A stretch of DNA of 20,000 nt from an uncultured virus (IMG/VR IMGVR_UViG_3300042377_000720) (lineage: Duplodnaviria > Heunggongvirae > Uroviricota > Caudoviricetes), in IMG/VR virus record IMGVR_UViG_3300042377_000720; one strand, given 5' to 3'. Positions 1 to 10,366 of this stretch are shown in pieces (the stretch's first letter is position 1; every line of letters begins with the position of its first letter). The notes under the pieces are model-generated. The model was given only the letters and a program-made list of their open reading frames with translations. It ran no database searches and was not told the DNA's origin. Both the position numbers and the translations under genes were made by a program.

Positions 1-1
1 C

Positions 2-3000
2 GAGGTAAGAGGAGATGGTCAATACTATTGTAATGAACCGGTGGATTGTTTATTAGTTTCCGATTTATACATTGAGGTTATTGGACACAAATCAGGCGTT
101 CAAAATCCTAGTGGAGAATGGCCATTTTACATTTACGCAAACTGTGTGTCTGGTTATAACCAAAATGCGGACATATACATTGAGAGAGTACCGGGTGAAG
201 ACTGTGTCTTTAAATTAACTGGAATAACTCAAAATGAAATTATCGATTTTGACATTATTGACGGTGCAAATAAAGAAGTTAAATTTAGAATAGAAGGTTT
301 ACAGGCCAAAGTTGAACATGACCCATGTCCATTACCAAGTGGTAAAAGTCACGTTGAATTGTTCGAACTAATAGGTTTCCAAGGAACTTCAGGAAATAGT
401 ATATCATCCATATCAGGTGCCACATTCTGTGACAATTATACGGGACATACAATTCACCCTAAAGTTGAATATAGAAGTAATTTCAATTATGGTTTAAAAT
501 GTGATACGGATGTTTTAGTTGTCACAACGGGAATAACAATTAACAGCGGTACCACAAGTATTGATGTTGAAACTTTTATTTCAAACGGAGATATAATTAA
601 AAAAAGTGTTTGTGACCTTCTTGTTGATGATTACATTTTATCTGCTGAATACAAAGATTGTAACCAATTATCAAATCAACAATTCCAAGACGCACCTGAA
701 AATGGTTATTCGTTCACATATGAATATGTTAAATTAAAAGTTACCGATAAAGATTGTCTTGCTTCTGTTAAGAAGAGTGTCATTACGGGTTTAACCAATA
801 ATGGAATTTATGAAGTATTTGAAGTTTTACCAACAACCCAACTTAGAGTTTATACAAATAAGTTTATTGAGAATTTTGGAAATGTAACAAATGGTAACTA
901 TCACTTTGATGATAGATTTCCTGAAGAATTACAAAGTAAACCAATAGATTTCATTGAACCATGCTGTGACCACCCAAAAGAGTTATATAATCATGGAGAT
1001 TATTTAATTAATCAATATGGGTACCCAATCGAAGTGATTGCTGTCGATTTAAATTACTGTGAATCAAACCTATATTTTAATTTAAATGTTGAGAAGGACG
1101 GCACACCATTAGGTGATGATAGTTTCTTAGTAGTATTCAATGGTAACTCAAATGAACAATTACTAATGAAACACACATATAGTGTTCATCCGGGTCTTGA
1201 CTTTAAATTAGGTCAATATTATATTGACCCTGAACATTGTCCAACTGAACCAACAAATGAAGAATTAGAGATTTCGGTTTTTGGTGAGTGTATAGATTGT
1301 GATTTTGATATCGATGTGAACATATTAGATTGTAATTTTGATATCGATGTTGATGTTATATTTAACGAGACAACACCAACGCCAACATCAACTAGTACAC
1401 CTACTGTAACACCAACGGAAACTCCCACAGGAACGGTAACAAATACACCAACTAGTACGGTAACCCCAACTAGCACTGTAACACCAACAGCAACTCCGAC
1501 AGAGACACCAACTAGTACTCCTACTGCAACGGAAACGCCAACAATTACGCCGACAGTAACTCCTACAGGAACAGCAACACCTACTGCAACTCCTACTGAG
1601 ACACCAACCACAACTCCGACTGAAACGCCGACAGGAACCAGTACACCAACTATTACTGATACACCAACAATAACACCTACGGGAACTAGTACACCAACAG
1701 AGACTCCTACGGAAACGCCAACCGCAACTCCAACAGCAACTCCTACGGAAACGCCAACGGCAACTCCTACGGATACACCAACTACAACACCAACGGGAAC
1801 ATCAACTCCTACAGGCACTGCGACACCCACAGAAACGCCAACTAGTACTCCAACAGGAACCAGTACTCCTACAGAGACGCCAACTAGTACACCGACTAAT
1901 ACGGAAACGCCAACAATTACCCCAACAGGAACAGCAACTCCAACTAGTACTCCAACAGCAACTCCTACGGAAACGCCAACTAGTACTCCTACGGAAACAC
2001 CAACAGGAACTAATACTCCGACAGAGACATCAACAGCAACTCCTACGGAAACACCAACAGGAACGCCGACTATTACACCAACGGAAACGCCAACACAAAC
2101 GGCAACTCCGACTGAAACCCCTACTGAGACACCAACGGCAACGCCGACTAGTACGCCAACGGCAACTCCGACTGAAACACCAACTGAAACTCCTACGGAA
2201 ACGCCAACGGCAACTCCGACAGGAACCAGTACGCCGACTATTACTGATACACCAACTATTACACCTACAGGAACGGCAACTCCTACGGAAACACCAACAG
2301 TGACTCCTACGATTACACAGTCACCAACTGATACCCCAACTGTAACACCAACTACAACATGTACTTTGGTTACAACTCAATACTTGGAGGTAAAATTACT
2401 TGGATGTACTAATTTTAGTTTGAAATTATTTGATAATCCTAATTTAACGGGTAACGCAAATGCCATTTGTGATTATGTGGTATCAGGAACCGCATATGGG
2501 GATTTAGGTACGGTATATAATGGAACAGAAACAATCGCATACAACGACCATACACATTCGTTCAATTTGAATCCTGTTTTACAACAGGGAGAATGTGTTA
2601 GTAGTTTTACCGTTAATTCTGTCCAACCTGTATGTTCATGTGTTGAGGTAATTTATGTTCAAACAACACCAACACCAACTAGTACCGCAACACCTACAAT
2701 AACACCCACTGGAACTAGCACAGAGACGCCGACAGCAACTCCTACAGGAACTAATACTCCTACGGAAACACCTACGGGAACCGCAACTAATACACCTACT
2801 GAGACGCCGACAGTAACACCAACAGGAACCAATACTCCAACAGAGACACCAACGGCAACTCCAACAGGAACTAGTACACCAACTCCAACGGAAACGCCAA
2901 CAGCGACCCCAACTAATACGGAAACGCCAACATCAACTCCTACAGGAACGGCAACTCCTACCGGAACTAGTACTCCTACGGAAACACCAACAGCAACCCC

Positions 3001-5149
3001 AACAGGAACCATTACACCAACTAATACAGAAACACCAACTAGTACACCTACGGCAACTCCTACGGGAACTAGTACACCAACAGCAACTCCGACTGAAACT
3101 CCTACGGCAACTCCGACAGGAACTAGTACACCTACGGAAACGCCAACCGCGACACCGACAGGAACTAGTACACCTACTGCAACTCCTACGGAAACGCCAA
3201 CAGAGACACCAACGGAAACGCCAACAGCAACTCCTACAGGAACAGCAACTCCTACGGGAACAGCAACTCCTACTGAGACGCCAACAGCAACCCCTACGGG
3301 AACTGCAACTCCTACGGAAACACCAACTAGCACACCTACTGCAACTCCGACAGGAACAGCAACCCCAACAGGAACCATTACACCAACTAATACAGAAACG
3401 CCGACATCGACACCGACAGGAACTAGTACACCTACTGCAACTCCTACGGAAACACCAACTATAACCCCTACAGGAACTGCAACACCTACCGCAACTCCTA
3501 CGGAAACGCCAACCGCAACTCCTACGGGAACTGCAACTCCGACAGCAACTCCTACGGAAACACCAACTGCGACACCAACTATAACCCCAACACCTACGGA
3601 AACGCCGACAGCGACGCCAACTGCAACTCCTACGGAAACACCAACCGCAACTCCAACAGGAACAGCAACTCCAACAGGAACTGCAACACCAACAGAGACG
3701 CCAACAGCAACTCCAACAGAGACACCTACGGAAACGCCGACAGCGACGCCAACTGCAACTCCTACGGAAACACCAACCGCAACTCCAACAGGAACAGCAA
3801 CTCCAACAGGAACAGCAACTCCAACAGGAACAGCAACTCCAACAGGAACTGCAACACCAACAGAGACGCCAACAGCAACTCCAACAGGAACAGCAACTCC
3901 AACAGGAACAGCAACTCCAACAGGAACTGCAACACCAACAGAGACGCCAACAGCAACTCCAACAGAGACACCTACGGAAACGCCAACATCAACACCACCT
4001 ATTAATCTTATTCTTACATCATGTTGTGATGTAAGTCAATTTAAGTATGTAACGGTAGATGCTGGTGCATATGCAATAGATACTAATTTAACAACAAGTA
4101 TTTTTGGATGTTGTTACCATTTAACCGACATTGGTGGTAATGGTTCAGATGGATATTATCCTGGAACCACTTTATTTGATTTTACCACATGTGAAGATTG
4201 TTTGATTGAGAATCCGGGGTTATATGTGAATGTTAATTTAGACTCTTGTTGTCCTGAAAATCCTACAGTTAATAAACTTGATATTGGGGTGGGATGCTCA
4301 ACAGAATATACTTTACCAATCGTTGGTCAGATTATTAATTACTATGGATATTGTTACACAATAACAAGCGTAGGGTCAACAAATGAAGGATGTGCACCAA
4401 TATATCAATATTATAACACATGTTCAGATTGTGGACCATGCATAACACCTACACCGACAGTAACACCAACTAGTACGGCAACCCCTACAGGAACACCAAC
4501 ACCGACAGTAACACCAACCAGTACTGCAACACCAACTAGTACTGCAACCCCTACAGGAACACCAACTCCTACTGTAACACCAACAGCAACCCCTACAGCA
4601 ACCTTGGCGGTTGAATGTTACAACATAGGACCATCATATACGGGTGGTTGGATTTATTATATTAACTGTACAGGTGGAACGCAAGAACAGTATTTCAACC
4701 CGGGAGAAACGGGCACATTATGTATTGACGAATTACTTACTGACACTAATAACATTGCGGTACCAACAGGTGTACAGTGTTATGACTGCACCCCTTGTCC
4801 ACCATATAACCCGGCACCATTAATTTGTACGTGTCATGAAATAACAATTAGTCAAGAGGATATAGATAATGCGACAGGTAACAACAACCCTGTTACCATA
4901 AATGGGGCATACTACCCAAGTGCAAATGGAAAAGTATTCTTTAAATATTTTGAGTGCGGTTATGGTAATGAACCAAGGTTAACGATGTTTGGTGTTGCAG
5001 GAATATATAACATATGTATTTGGAGTGCAGATACTCGTTACTCACCTGCATTGGTTTACTTCCAAGGTGACGTTCAACTGACAGCTCCAACTTCTAGTTA
5101 TGTAAACAGTTTAGTACCATGTAATAAACCCGAGGATTGTGATAGATAA
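2..5149 (+). CDS. Very large modular protein, 5'-partial (>1715 aa): Cys-containing beta-rich N-terminal region, three mucin-like Thr/Pro tracts and several Cys-rich modules; putative virion structural/decoration protein
   Basis: The ORF track starts at GTG 41, but the frame is open back to the window edge ([13 protein letters not shown] at 2-40), so the gene starts upstream. TPT[A/E/G/S] tracts lie at about 1369-2358, 2660-4000 and 4442-4602. Stop TAA ends at 5149. Function is inferred from composition and context only. Confidence 0.8.
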   Translation, partial: EVRGDGQYYCNEPVDCLLVSDLYIEVIGHKSGVQNPSGEWPFYIYANCVSGYNQNADIYIERVPGEDCVFKLTGITQNEIIDFDIIDGANKEVKFRIEGLQAKVEHDPCPLPSGKSHVELFELIGFQGTSGNSISSISGATFCDNYTGHTIHPKVEYRSNFNYGLKCDTDVLVVTTGITINSGTTSIDVETFISNGDIIKKSVCDLLVDDYILSAEYKDCNQLSNQQFQDAPENGYSFTYEYVKLKVTDKDCLASVKKSVITGLTNNGIYEVFEVLPTTQLRVYTNKFIENFGNVTNGNYHFDDRFPEELQSKPIDFIEPCCDHPKELYNHGDYLINQYGYPIEVIAVDLNYCESNLYFNLNVEKDGTPLGDDSFLVVFNGNSNEQLLMKHTYSVHPGLDFKLGQYYIDPEHCPTEPTNEELEISVFGECIDCDFDIDVNILDCNFDIDVDVIFNETTPTPTSTSTPTVTPTETPTGTVTNTPTSTVTPTSTVTPTATPTETPTSTPTATETPTITPTVTPTGTATPTATPTETPTTTPTETPTGTSTPTITDTPTITPTGTSTPTETPTETPTATPTATPTETPTATPTDTPTTTPTGTSTPTGTATPTETPTSTPTGTSTPTETPTSTPTNTETPTITPTGTATPTSTPTATPTETPTSTPTETPTGTNTPTETSTATPTETPTGTPTITPTETPTQTATPTETPTETPTATPTSTPTATPTETPTETPTETPTATPTGTSTPTITDTPTITPTGTATPTETPTVTPTITQSPTDTPTVTPTTTCTLVTTQYLEVKLLGCTNFSLKLFDNPNLTGNANAICDYVVSGTAYGDLGTVYNGTETIAYNDHTHSFNLNPVLQQGECVSSFTVNSVQPVCSCVEVIYVQTTPTPTSTATPTITPTGTSTETPTATPTGTNTPTETPTGTATNTPTETPTVTPTGTNTPTETPTATPTGTSTPTPTETPTATPTNTETPTSTPTGTATPTGTSTPTETPTATPTGTITPTNTETPTSTPTATPTGTSTPTATPTETPTATPTGTSTPTETPTATPTGTSTPTATPTETPTETPTETPTATPTGTATPTGTATPTETPTATPTGTATPTETPTSTPTATPTGTATPTGTITPTNTETPTSTPTGTSTPTATPTETPTITPTGTATPTATPTETPTATPTGTATPTATPTETPTATPTITPTPTETPTATPTATPTETPTATPTGTATPTGTATPTETPTATPTETPTETPTATPTATPTETPTATPTGTATPTGTATPTGTATPTGTATPTETPTATPTGTATPTGTATPTGTATPTETPTATPTETPTETPTSTPPINLILTSCCDVSQFKYVTVDAGAYAIDTNLTTSIFGCCYHLTDIGGNGSDGYYPGTTLFDFTTCEDCLIENPGLYVNVNLDSCCPENPTVNKLDIGVGCSTEYTLPIVGQIINYYGYCYTITSVGSTNEGCAPIYQYYNTCSDCGPCITPTPTVTPTSTATPTGTPTPTVTPTSTATPTSTATPTGTPTPTVTPTATPTATLAVECYNIGPSYTGGWIYYINCTGGTQEQYFNPGETGTLCIDELLTDTNNIAVPTGVQCYDCTPCPPYNPAPLICTCHEITISQEDIDNATGNNNPVTINGAYYPSANGKVFFKYFECGYGNEPRLTMFGVAGIYNICIWSADTRYSPALVYFQGDVQLTAPTSSYVNSLVPCNKPEDCDR
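1369..2358 (+). repeat. Coding Thr-Pro low-complexity tandem repeat (12-nt TPTx and 18-nt TPTGTx units)
   Basis: About 330 codons of [17 protein letters not shown] units with varied third codon positions. Confidence 0.95.
2660..4000 (+). repeat. Coding Thr-Pro low-complexity tandem repeat, second and longest tract
   Basis: About 445 codons of TPTx/TPTGTA units. The distal part (3590-3980) has perfect nucleotide repeats such as GCAACTCCAACAGGAACA. Confidence 0.95.
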
Positions 5150-5161
5150 AATAAAGAATAA

Positions 5162-5172
5162 AAGTATTTATA
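5162..5172 (+). promoter_or_regulatory. Putative phage late promoter motif AAGTATTTATA
   Basis: Intergenic, 19 nt before ATG 5192. The same 11-mer recurs at 10352-10362, with variants at 7937 and 9413. Confidence 0.55.
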
Positions 5173-5191
5173 AAATAACAAGAAAAGACAT

Positions 5192-6217
5192 ATGTTTATA
5201 ACATTTACAATACCATCAGGATATACCGCAACAGATGCGGGACCATTTAATATTTCGGGATTAACCGATACGTTTGATGTTGTTCTTTTAGCAACAGGTA
5301 TCACAAAATCTCAATTATTAACGGGTTATACTGTTGACACCACACCATACACAATTGTAAGTGGAACAGTTGCTAGTGTTGGATTATGTACAAATGAAGT
5401 TAATTATGTTATTAGTTCTACCACACCAACACCTACTGTAACACCAACGGGAACTAGTACTCCTACAGTAACACCAACGGGAACTAGTACTCCTACGGGA
5501 ACACCAACGGAAACCATTACCCCCACACCAACAGGAACTAATACCCCAACTGAAACGCCGACAACAACACCTACTACGACACCAACAAGTACTAACACAC
5601 CAACAGTGGTAACACCAACAGAAACACCAATCCTATTTTGTTATGGTTATAACATCGAAGGTGCCGCATCTATTGATGTTGAATGGTTAGAGTGTGATGG
5701 AACACCAAATTCTGCAACAGTAACAAGTGCAATAGTTGTTTGTGCTCAAAATGGTTCAGTATTTCAAACCGGAGGTGAGGGTAACATAACACAACTAGGG
5801 GAATGTGAAACGATTACACCAATGGAAACTCCAACACCGACAGGTACTAATACACCAACATCAACACCAACGGGTACTAATACACCAACATCAACACCAA
5901 CAATAACTGTTACACCTACATTCACACCTGAACCAATAGGAACATCCGCATATGAGGCGGAAGAATGGTCATGTGAATACGATTCAGGAGGAGTAGCAAC
6001 AGGATGTACAATGATAAATGATAACGTAATTGTTGAGATGCCAACATCAACGTCTCCTGTATTTGGTAGATTCTACATTGAAAATGTTGGGGCGTGTACT
6101 GGAAGTATTTTTAAAATTACAGGTAACACTATAAGTGGTGGACCTAACTTAATACTTTACGGAACAACAGGTCATGGCGTGTGTACGAATGCATGTCAAG
6201 AAAATTGTCAATTATAA
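5192..6217 (+). CDS. Thr/Pro-linker, Cys-rich modular protein (341 aa), putative structural protein
   Basis: N-terminal ~75-aa beta domain (AGPFNISGLT...TGITKSQLLTGYT...SVGLCTN), TPT linker, Cys module, second linker, C-terminal Cys module. No signal peptide. Confidence 0.75.
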   Translation: MFITFTIPSGYTATDAGPFNISGLTDTFDVVLLATGITKSQLLTGYTVDTTPYTIVSGTVASVGLCTNEVNYVISSTTPTPTVTPTGTSTPTVTPTGTSTPTGTPTETITPTPTGTNTPTETPTTTPTTTPTSTNTPTVVTPTETPILFCYGYNIEGAASIDVEWLECDGTPNSATVTSAIVVCAQNGSVFQTGGEGNITQLGECETITPMETPTPTGTNTPTSTPTGTNTPTSTPTITVTPTFTPEPIGTSAYEAEEWSCEYDSGGVATGCTMINDNVIVEMPTSTSPVFGRFYIENVGACTGSIFKITGNTISGGPNLILYGTTGHGVCTNACQENCQL

Positions 6218-6221
6218 TTAA

Positions 6222-7913
6222 ATGGGACTAAACGTAAGAATATATAATATAATCTCAAATGGTAATTACACGATTCGTTATAAGTCGGGTAATAATCCAT
6301 ACCCCGTTGAAACTAATTCAACTTTTACGTTATTGGGTTCATATACTCCGTCAACAACTGAAATAACAATTTCAGGTTTAACATTCGATACTCAGTATTG
6401 GATTAAAATGACGGACAATGCAACGGGTAGATATATTGTTCAAAATATCTTTACTCACGATAGTAAGGCGTTCCCATGTTATGACACAATCTGTTTTAGT
6501 ATCGATGTGACATGTGAAAACCAATCAACACCTACACCAACGATAACTCCAACTCCAACCATAACGACAACCCCAACATCAACATCAACGGGAACTATAA
6601 CAACTACCCCGACATCAACTACTTGTAGTGACGATATTGTAAGAACATTGAACAGTCCATCAGTGTATAACAGACCTTCCGGTATGGTGTATAACCCAAA
6701 TAATAATGAAATTTATGCACTTAACGTTGGTGCGGCATATTACATTAGTAGAGTTATACCAAACTCATCAACACAATCCATATTTGGGACATTTACGACC
6801 AGTGTAAACACATCTATTATAGGTATGAATACCGTAACAAATAAAGTTTATGGGGTTGACGTAGGTGGCACTATACGTATGCAAAATACAACAATTCCAC
6901 AAACCGAAACATATTTAGGAAATGGACCAACAAATCCAAAGGCGTTTGAATTTAATTCGGGAGATAATGTAATGTATCTTTCCTCATATACTGGAACGAG
7001 TTCAGGTGAAATATCGGTAATAGATGGTTCTTCTGAAACATTTATTACACAAGTTACTGGTTTACCAATTAATAGTACGAGTTATACATTAAGTTATAAC
7101 TCAATTAACGATACTCTTTATCTTCCGGGTACGGGTACAACTGTTCAAAGATTTTCTACGATATCATATACAATAGTTGGGAGTATTGCGGTCAGTGGAA
7201 CGGTTCGTTCATTATCATATAAATCATCAACTAATCAATTATTTGTAATCCATACAGGGGGTTATGATGTAATCGATTGTTCAACAAATAGTGTTACAAA
7301 TTCATATAGTATTTCACTTGGGTTGACGATTTATAACTCTGTATATAACAGTGTAAACAATAAATTATACATCCCAATTTTTGATGGTGGAGTTGTTAAA
7401 GTTATTGATGTATCAACGGGTACACTATCAGATACAATAACAATACCGGATTCAACACCATTTGATGTGGTATTTTATCCACCAACAAACACAATTTATG
7501 TGTCCGACCCCAAAACAACAACATTTAAAATTGTTGAGATATGTGGTTCAATTGGAGCAACACCAACCCCAACGGTAACACCTACATCAACGACAACCCC
7601 AACAATAACTCCAACATCAACGGGAACTATAACAACAACCCCAACTTCAACACCAACAATAACTCCAACTTCAACACCTATGGAATTTTACTATTTTATT
7701 AGGGCAGTAAGTAACTGTGATACGGGCGCAGCGAGCGGCCCAACGTACATAGCGAAGTCCCTTGTTTCGTTATCAATAGGGACATTTGTAAATATGAGTA
7801 GTTTACCAAATCCTAATTGTGCTTGGAAAATAATAAGTGAAACCGTCGGTCCCGAGGACGACATAATAAGCGGAAGTTGTGGAACAAGTATACCTGTGGG
7901 TTGCTGTTGTTAA
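6222..7913 (+). CDS. FN3-like domain plus YncE/YVTN-like beta-propeller between Thr/Pro linkers (563 aa); putative adhesin/receptor-binding protein
   Basis: N-terminal YTIRYK...ITISGLTFDTQYWIKM matches the fibronectin type III pattern. About seven ~40-aa blades (PSGMVYNPNNNEIYAL, PKAFEFNSGDNVMYLS, ISVIDGSS, YNSVNNKLYIP...VKVIDVSTG, PFDVVFYPPTNTIYVS) lie at about 6630-7545. Starts 4 nt after the upstream stop. Confidence 0.75.
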   Translation: MGLNVRIYNIISNGNYTIRYKSGNNPYPVETNSTFTLLGSYTPSTTEITISGLTFDTQYWIKMTDNATGRYIVQNIFTHDSKAFPCYDTICFSIDVTCENQSTPTPTITPTPTITTTPTSTSTGTITTTPTSTTCSDDIVRTLNSPSVYNRPSGMVYNPNNNEIYALNVGAAYYISRVIPNSSTQSIFGTFTTSVNTSIIGMNTVTNKVYGVDVGGTIRMQNTTIPQTETYLGNGPTNPKAFEFNSGDNVMYLSSYTGTSSGEISVIDGSSETFITQVTGLPINSTSYTLSYNSINDTLYLPGTGTTVQRFSTISYTIVGSIAVSGTVRSLSYKSSTNQLFVIHTGGYDVIDCSTNSVTNSYSISLGLTIYNSVYNSVNNKLYIPIFDGGVVKVIDVSTGTLSDTITIPDSTPFDVVFYPPTNTIYVSDPKTTTFKIVEICGSIGATPTPTVTPTSTTTPTITPTSTGTITTTPTSTPTITPTSTPMEFYYFIRAVSNCDTGAASGPTYIAKSLVSLSIGTFVNMSSLPNPNCAWKIISETVGPEDDIISGSCGTSIPVGCCC

Positions 7914-7936
7914 AAAAATAATAAAAAATAGATTCA

Positions 7937-7944
7937 TATTTAAT
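7937..7944 (+). promoter_or_regulatory. Variant of putative late promoter motif (TATTTAAT)
   Basis: Intergenic, 4 nt upstream of ATG 7949, the same spacing as the 10355 copy. Confidence 0.35.
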
Positions 7945-7948
7945 ATAG

Positions 7949-9388
7949 ATGCCAACTTCAAGTTATGAAATAACAGTTTCCAATTTTAATGGTACAACAC
8001 CATGTGAAAGTTATTCAGTTTATACTGGAATAACTCACGACATTGATGACGCTGATTATGTGGAAGACGTTAACGTACCCGTTTCGGGATACACTTTAAG
8101 TTTGAATGTTGATAGTTCATATGATAATGTTTATTTATTTATTGAACATTGTGATGGACACATTAACTCGGTGCCAACGTCAACACCTAAATTACAAGGT
8201 GGTTATCAATTGGTTTTTGTTGATTTAAGATGTGACGATTGTATTTCACAAATAATCCCAACACCAACCCCCACGGGGACTAACACACCAACGGTAACAC
8301 CAACACCCACAACAACTAGTACTGATGTTACACCAACACCAACAATAACCCCAACTCCCACTGTGACCCCCACAGGAACTAGTACACCTACGGCAACCCC
8401 TACAGGAACTCCAACAGGAACCAGTACCATAACACCAACACCGGCAGAAGGATGTTATTGTTATGAATTCAATATTGATGAACGTGAATTTGGAGAATAC
8501 GGAGGGCCAATACTTCAATATTTAGATTGTAGTTTAACACCTCAAAGTATAGGATTTAGTGGTGTTGGGGGATTTTCAGGATATTGCATATCCTCAATAA
8601 CAGATTGGTATAGATATAATGGACCGGAAGAGTCTGATATCGTTCCGATTGAGTTTTCAACATATACTAATACATTAAACCCATGTACTATAGATGGTGA
8701 TTGTATTGTAACGGGTGAACCAACACCAACACCTACATTAACCCCTACGGCGACACCAACAATAACACCGACCCCTACTTTAACTCCAACAGGAACTAGT
8801 ACACCTACTTTAACTCCTACAGGAACTAATACACCTACAGCAACTCCTACGGGAACTAGTACTCCAACGGCGACGACAACGGAACAATCAACACCTACAC
8901 CTACAGAATCAAGACCATGTAATTGTTACACTGTTGAATGTTCGAATCCGGAAGGATGTTCGGTAACATATGAAGATTGTAACGGTGTGTTATTTGTAGA
9001 CTCAATTTCGGGCTCAACAACCATAAATCTTTGTGGTAATATAGTCAATTTAGACCAACCTAATTTAATAATTACAAATACAGGAAACGCATGTGTATTT
9101 GACGGTGAAATATACTCGTGTTTAACTGAGTGTCAATGCGCGAACATTTACATCGATGAAAGAGATTTAATTGCATCAGATGACGGTATTGTTTATGTTA
9201 GTATGATTAAATGTGACGGAACGGAAATTATAACCCAATACAATTCTCCTGCAACATATGTTGCGTGTGTACAAGTAATTAATAGTATTTACATTTTAAA
9301 ATTAGGAATCCAAAGTGCTCCGTCGTATAGTACTGCAACGATAATACCTGGTAGTAACTGTACAGTGGATAATGATTGTATGAGTTAA
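7949..9388 (+). CDS. Thr/Pro-linker protein with three CxC-initiated Cys-rich modules (479 aa), putative structural protein
   Basis: Modules begin CYCYEFNIDER (8453), CNCYTVEC (8918) and CQCANIYIDER (9131). Two TPT linkers. No signal peptide. Confidence 0.75.
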   Translation: MPTSSYEITVSNFNGTTPCESYSVYTGITHDIDDADYVEDVNVPVSGYTLSLNVDSSYDNVYLFIEHCDGHINSVPTSTPKLQGGYQLVFVDLRCDDCISQIIPTPTPTGTNTPTVTPTPTTTSTDVTPTPTITPTPTVTPTGTSTPTATPTGTPTGTSTITPTPAEGCYCYEFNIDEREFGEYGGPILQYLDCSLTPQSIGFSGVGGFSGYCISSITDWYRYNGPEESDIVPIEFSTYTNTLNPCTIDGDCIVTGEPTPTPTLTPTATPTITPTPTLTPTGTSTPTLTPTGTNTPTATPTGTSTPTATTTEQSTPTPTESRPCNCYTVECSNPEGCSVTYEDCNGVLFVDSISGSTTINLCGNIVNLDQPNLIITNTGNACVFDGEIYSCLTECQCANIYIDERDLIASDDGIVYVSMIKCDGTEIITQYNSPATYVACVQVINSIYILKLGIQSAPSYSTATIIPGSNCTVDNDCMS

Positions 9389-9410
9389 TACCATTTAAAA
9401 TTTACTTTCT

Positions 9411-9420
9411 AATATTTATC
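9411..9420 (+). promoter_or_regulatory. Variant of putative late promoter motif (AATATTTATC)
   Basis: Intergenic, 18 nt upstream of ATG 9439. Confidence 0.4.
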
Positions 9421-9438
9421 TGATATATTAGATACTAA

Positions 9439-10338
9439 ATGGCATGTACTCCAGATACAGTAACCCCAAAAGGTGTTACAATTAATTTAAATTCGGGTTC
9501 AGATTACACAAATTGTACTGTTTATACGGGTCTAACGGACTCTACGGTTACGGGGACAACTAATTGTGTAAATATAACTGGGACAACATGTACCTTAACA
9601 GGTTTGTCTGCAACATTAATGGAAGTTTTTGTTAAAATTGACTGTGAAGGGTGTTGTTCAAATACATTTAGAGTTAATTTAGATGAATGTTGTGGAGATA
9701 TAGTATCGACACCAACGCCCACCCCAACAGTAACTCCTACGGGAACTAGTACTCCTACGGTAACATCCACCTCGACACCAACATCTTCCGTATGTGAATG
9801 TAACACGTATAGAATTACATATATTTCTTATTGTGGAGAATTTATAAATTGGACTGATTGTAACACAAACACACCGATGTCCGAACGGGGTGATTATTTT
9901 GGATTACCTACCCCCCAATTCACTATGGGAACGGTGTTAGATTTATGTTCTTGCTCTTTACCAACAACAGATTGTACTTTAGTAACAATAAGTTTAGTTA
10001 CTACTGGATGTACACTTGAAGGTGGATTTATTACAACCACCTCAACTATAACCCCAACCCCAACACCAACATCATCTAATATACAATTTACAGTTCAAAC
10101 AGGTGATACTCTATGTAATGGTGGGACCTGCCAATTAAATGGTAATATTGGTAACTCAACAATTTACATGGGTTTAAGTGATTCGTTTGTTGATTCAACA
10201 ATCGTTTTCTCGGATGCGGGACTGACAACATATTTCCCAGATACCAACGCAATTAATCCCGGCGCTTCATATCCGAATTTATATTATGTACTTAGTGGGG
10301 TGTTATATATAGATTGTTTAAAAGGTAGTGGATGTTAA
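9439..10338 (+). CDS. Cys-rich modular protein with short Thr/Pro linkers (299 aa), putative structural protein
   Basis: The N-terminal domain with VYTGLT resembles VYTGIT in the 7949 gene. Central CECNTYRI...INWTDC module. C-terminal module ends in Cys. Confidence 0.75.
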   Translation: MACTPDTVTPKGVTINLNSGSDYTNCTVYTGLTDSTVTGTTNCVNITGTTCTLTGLSATLMEVFVKIDCEGCCSNTFRVNLDECCGDIVSTPTPTPTVTPTGTSTPTVTSTSTPTSSVCECNTYRITYISYCGEFINWTDCNTNTPMSERGDYFGLPTPQFTMGTVLDLCSCSLPTTDCTLVTISLVTTGCTLEGGFITTTSTITPTPTPTSSNIQFTVQTGDTLCNGGTCQLNGNIGNSTIYMGLSDSFVDSTIVFSDAGLTTYFPDTNAINPGASYPNLYYVLSGVLYIDCLKGSGC

Positions 10339-10351
10339 TAAAATTAATTAA

Positions 10352-10362
10352 AAGTATTTATA
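10352..10362 (+). promoter_or_regulatory. Putative phage late promoter motif AAGTATTTATA
   Basis: Identical to 5162-5172; ends 4 nt before ATG 10367. Confidence 0.55.
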
Positions 10363-10366
10363 TCAT

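Noticed and set aside
3590..3985. CRISPR-like periodicity in the repeat tracts
   Set aside because: Units are codon-phased multiples of 6 nt with no unique spacers; this is a coding tandem repeat.
1219..9806. Minus-strand Gly/Val-rich ORFs (1219-1830, 2659-3378, 5404-5598, 8206-8430, 9522-9806) and the Leu-rich ORF 3762-3971
   Set aside because: They are antisense shadows of the ACN/CCN codon repeats, which lack stops in reverse frames, and they lie inside longer + strand genes.
4013..10338. Diversity-generating retroelement acting on the variable modules
   Set aside because: No reverse transcriptase in the window, and I saw no template/variable repeat pair differing only at adenines.
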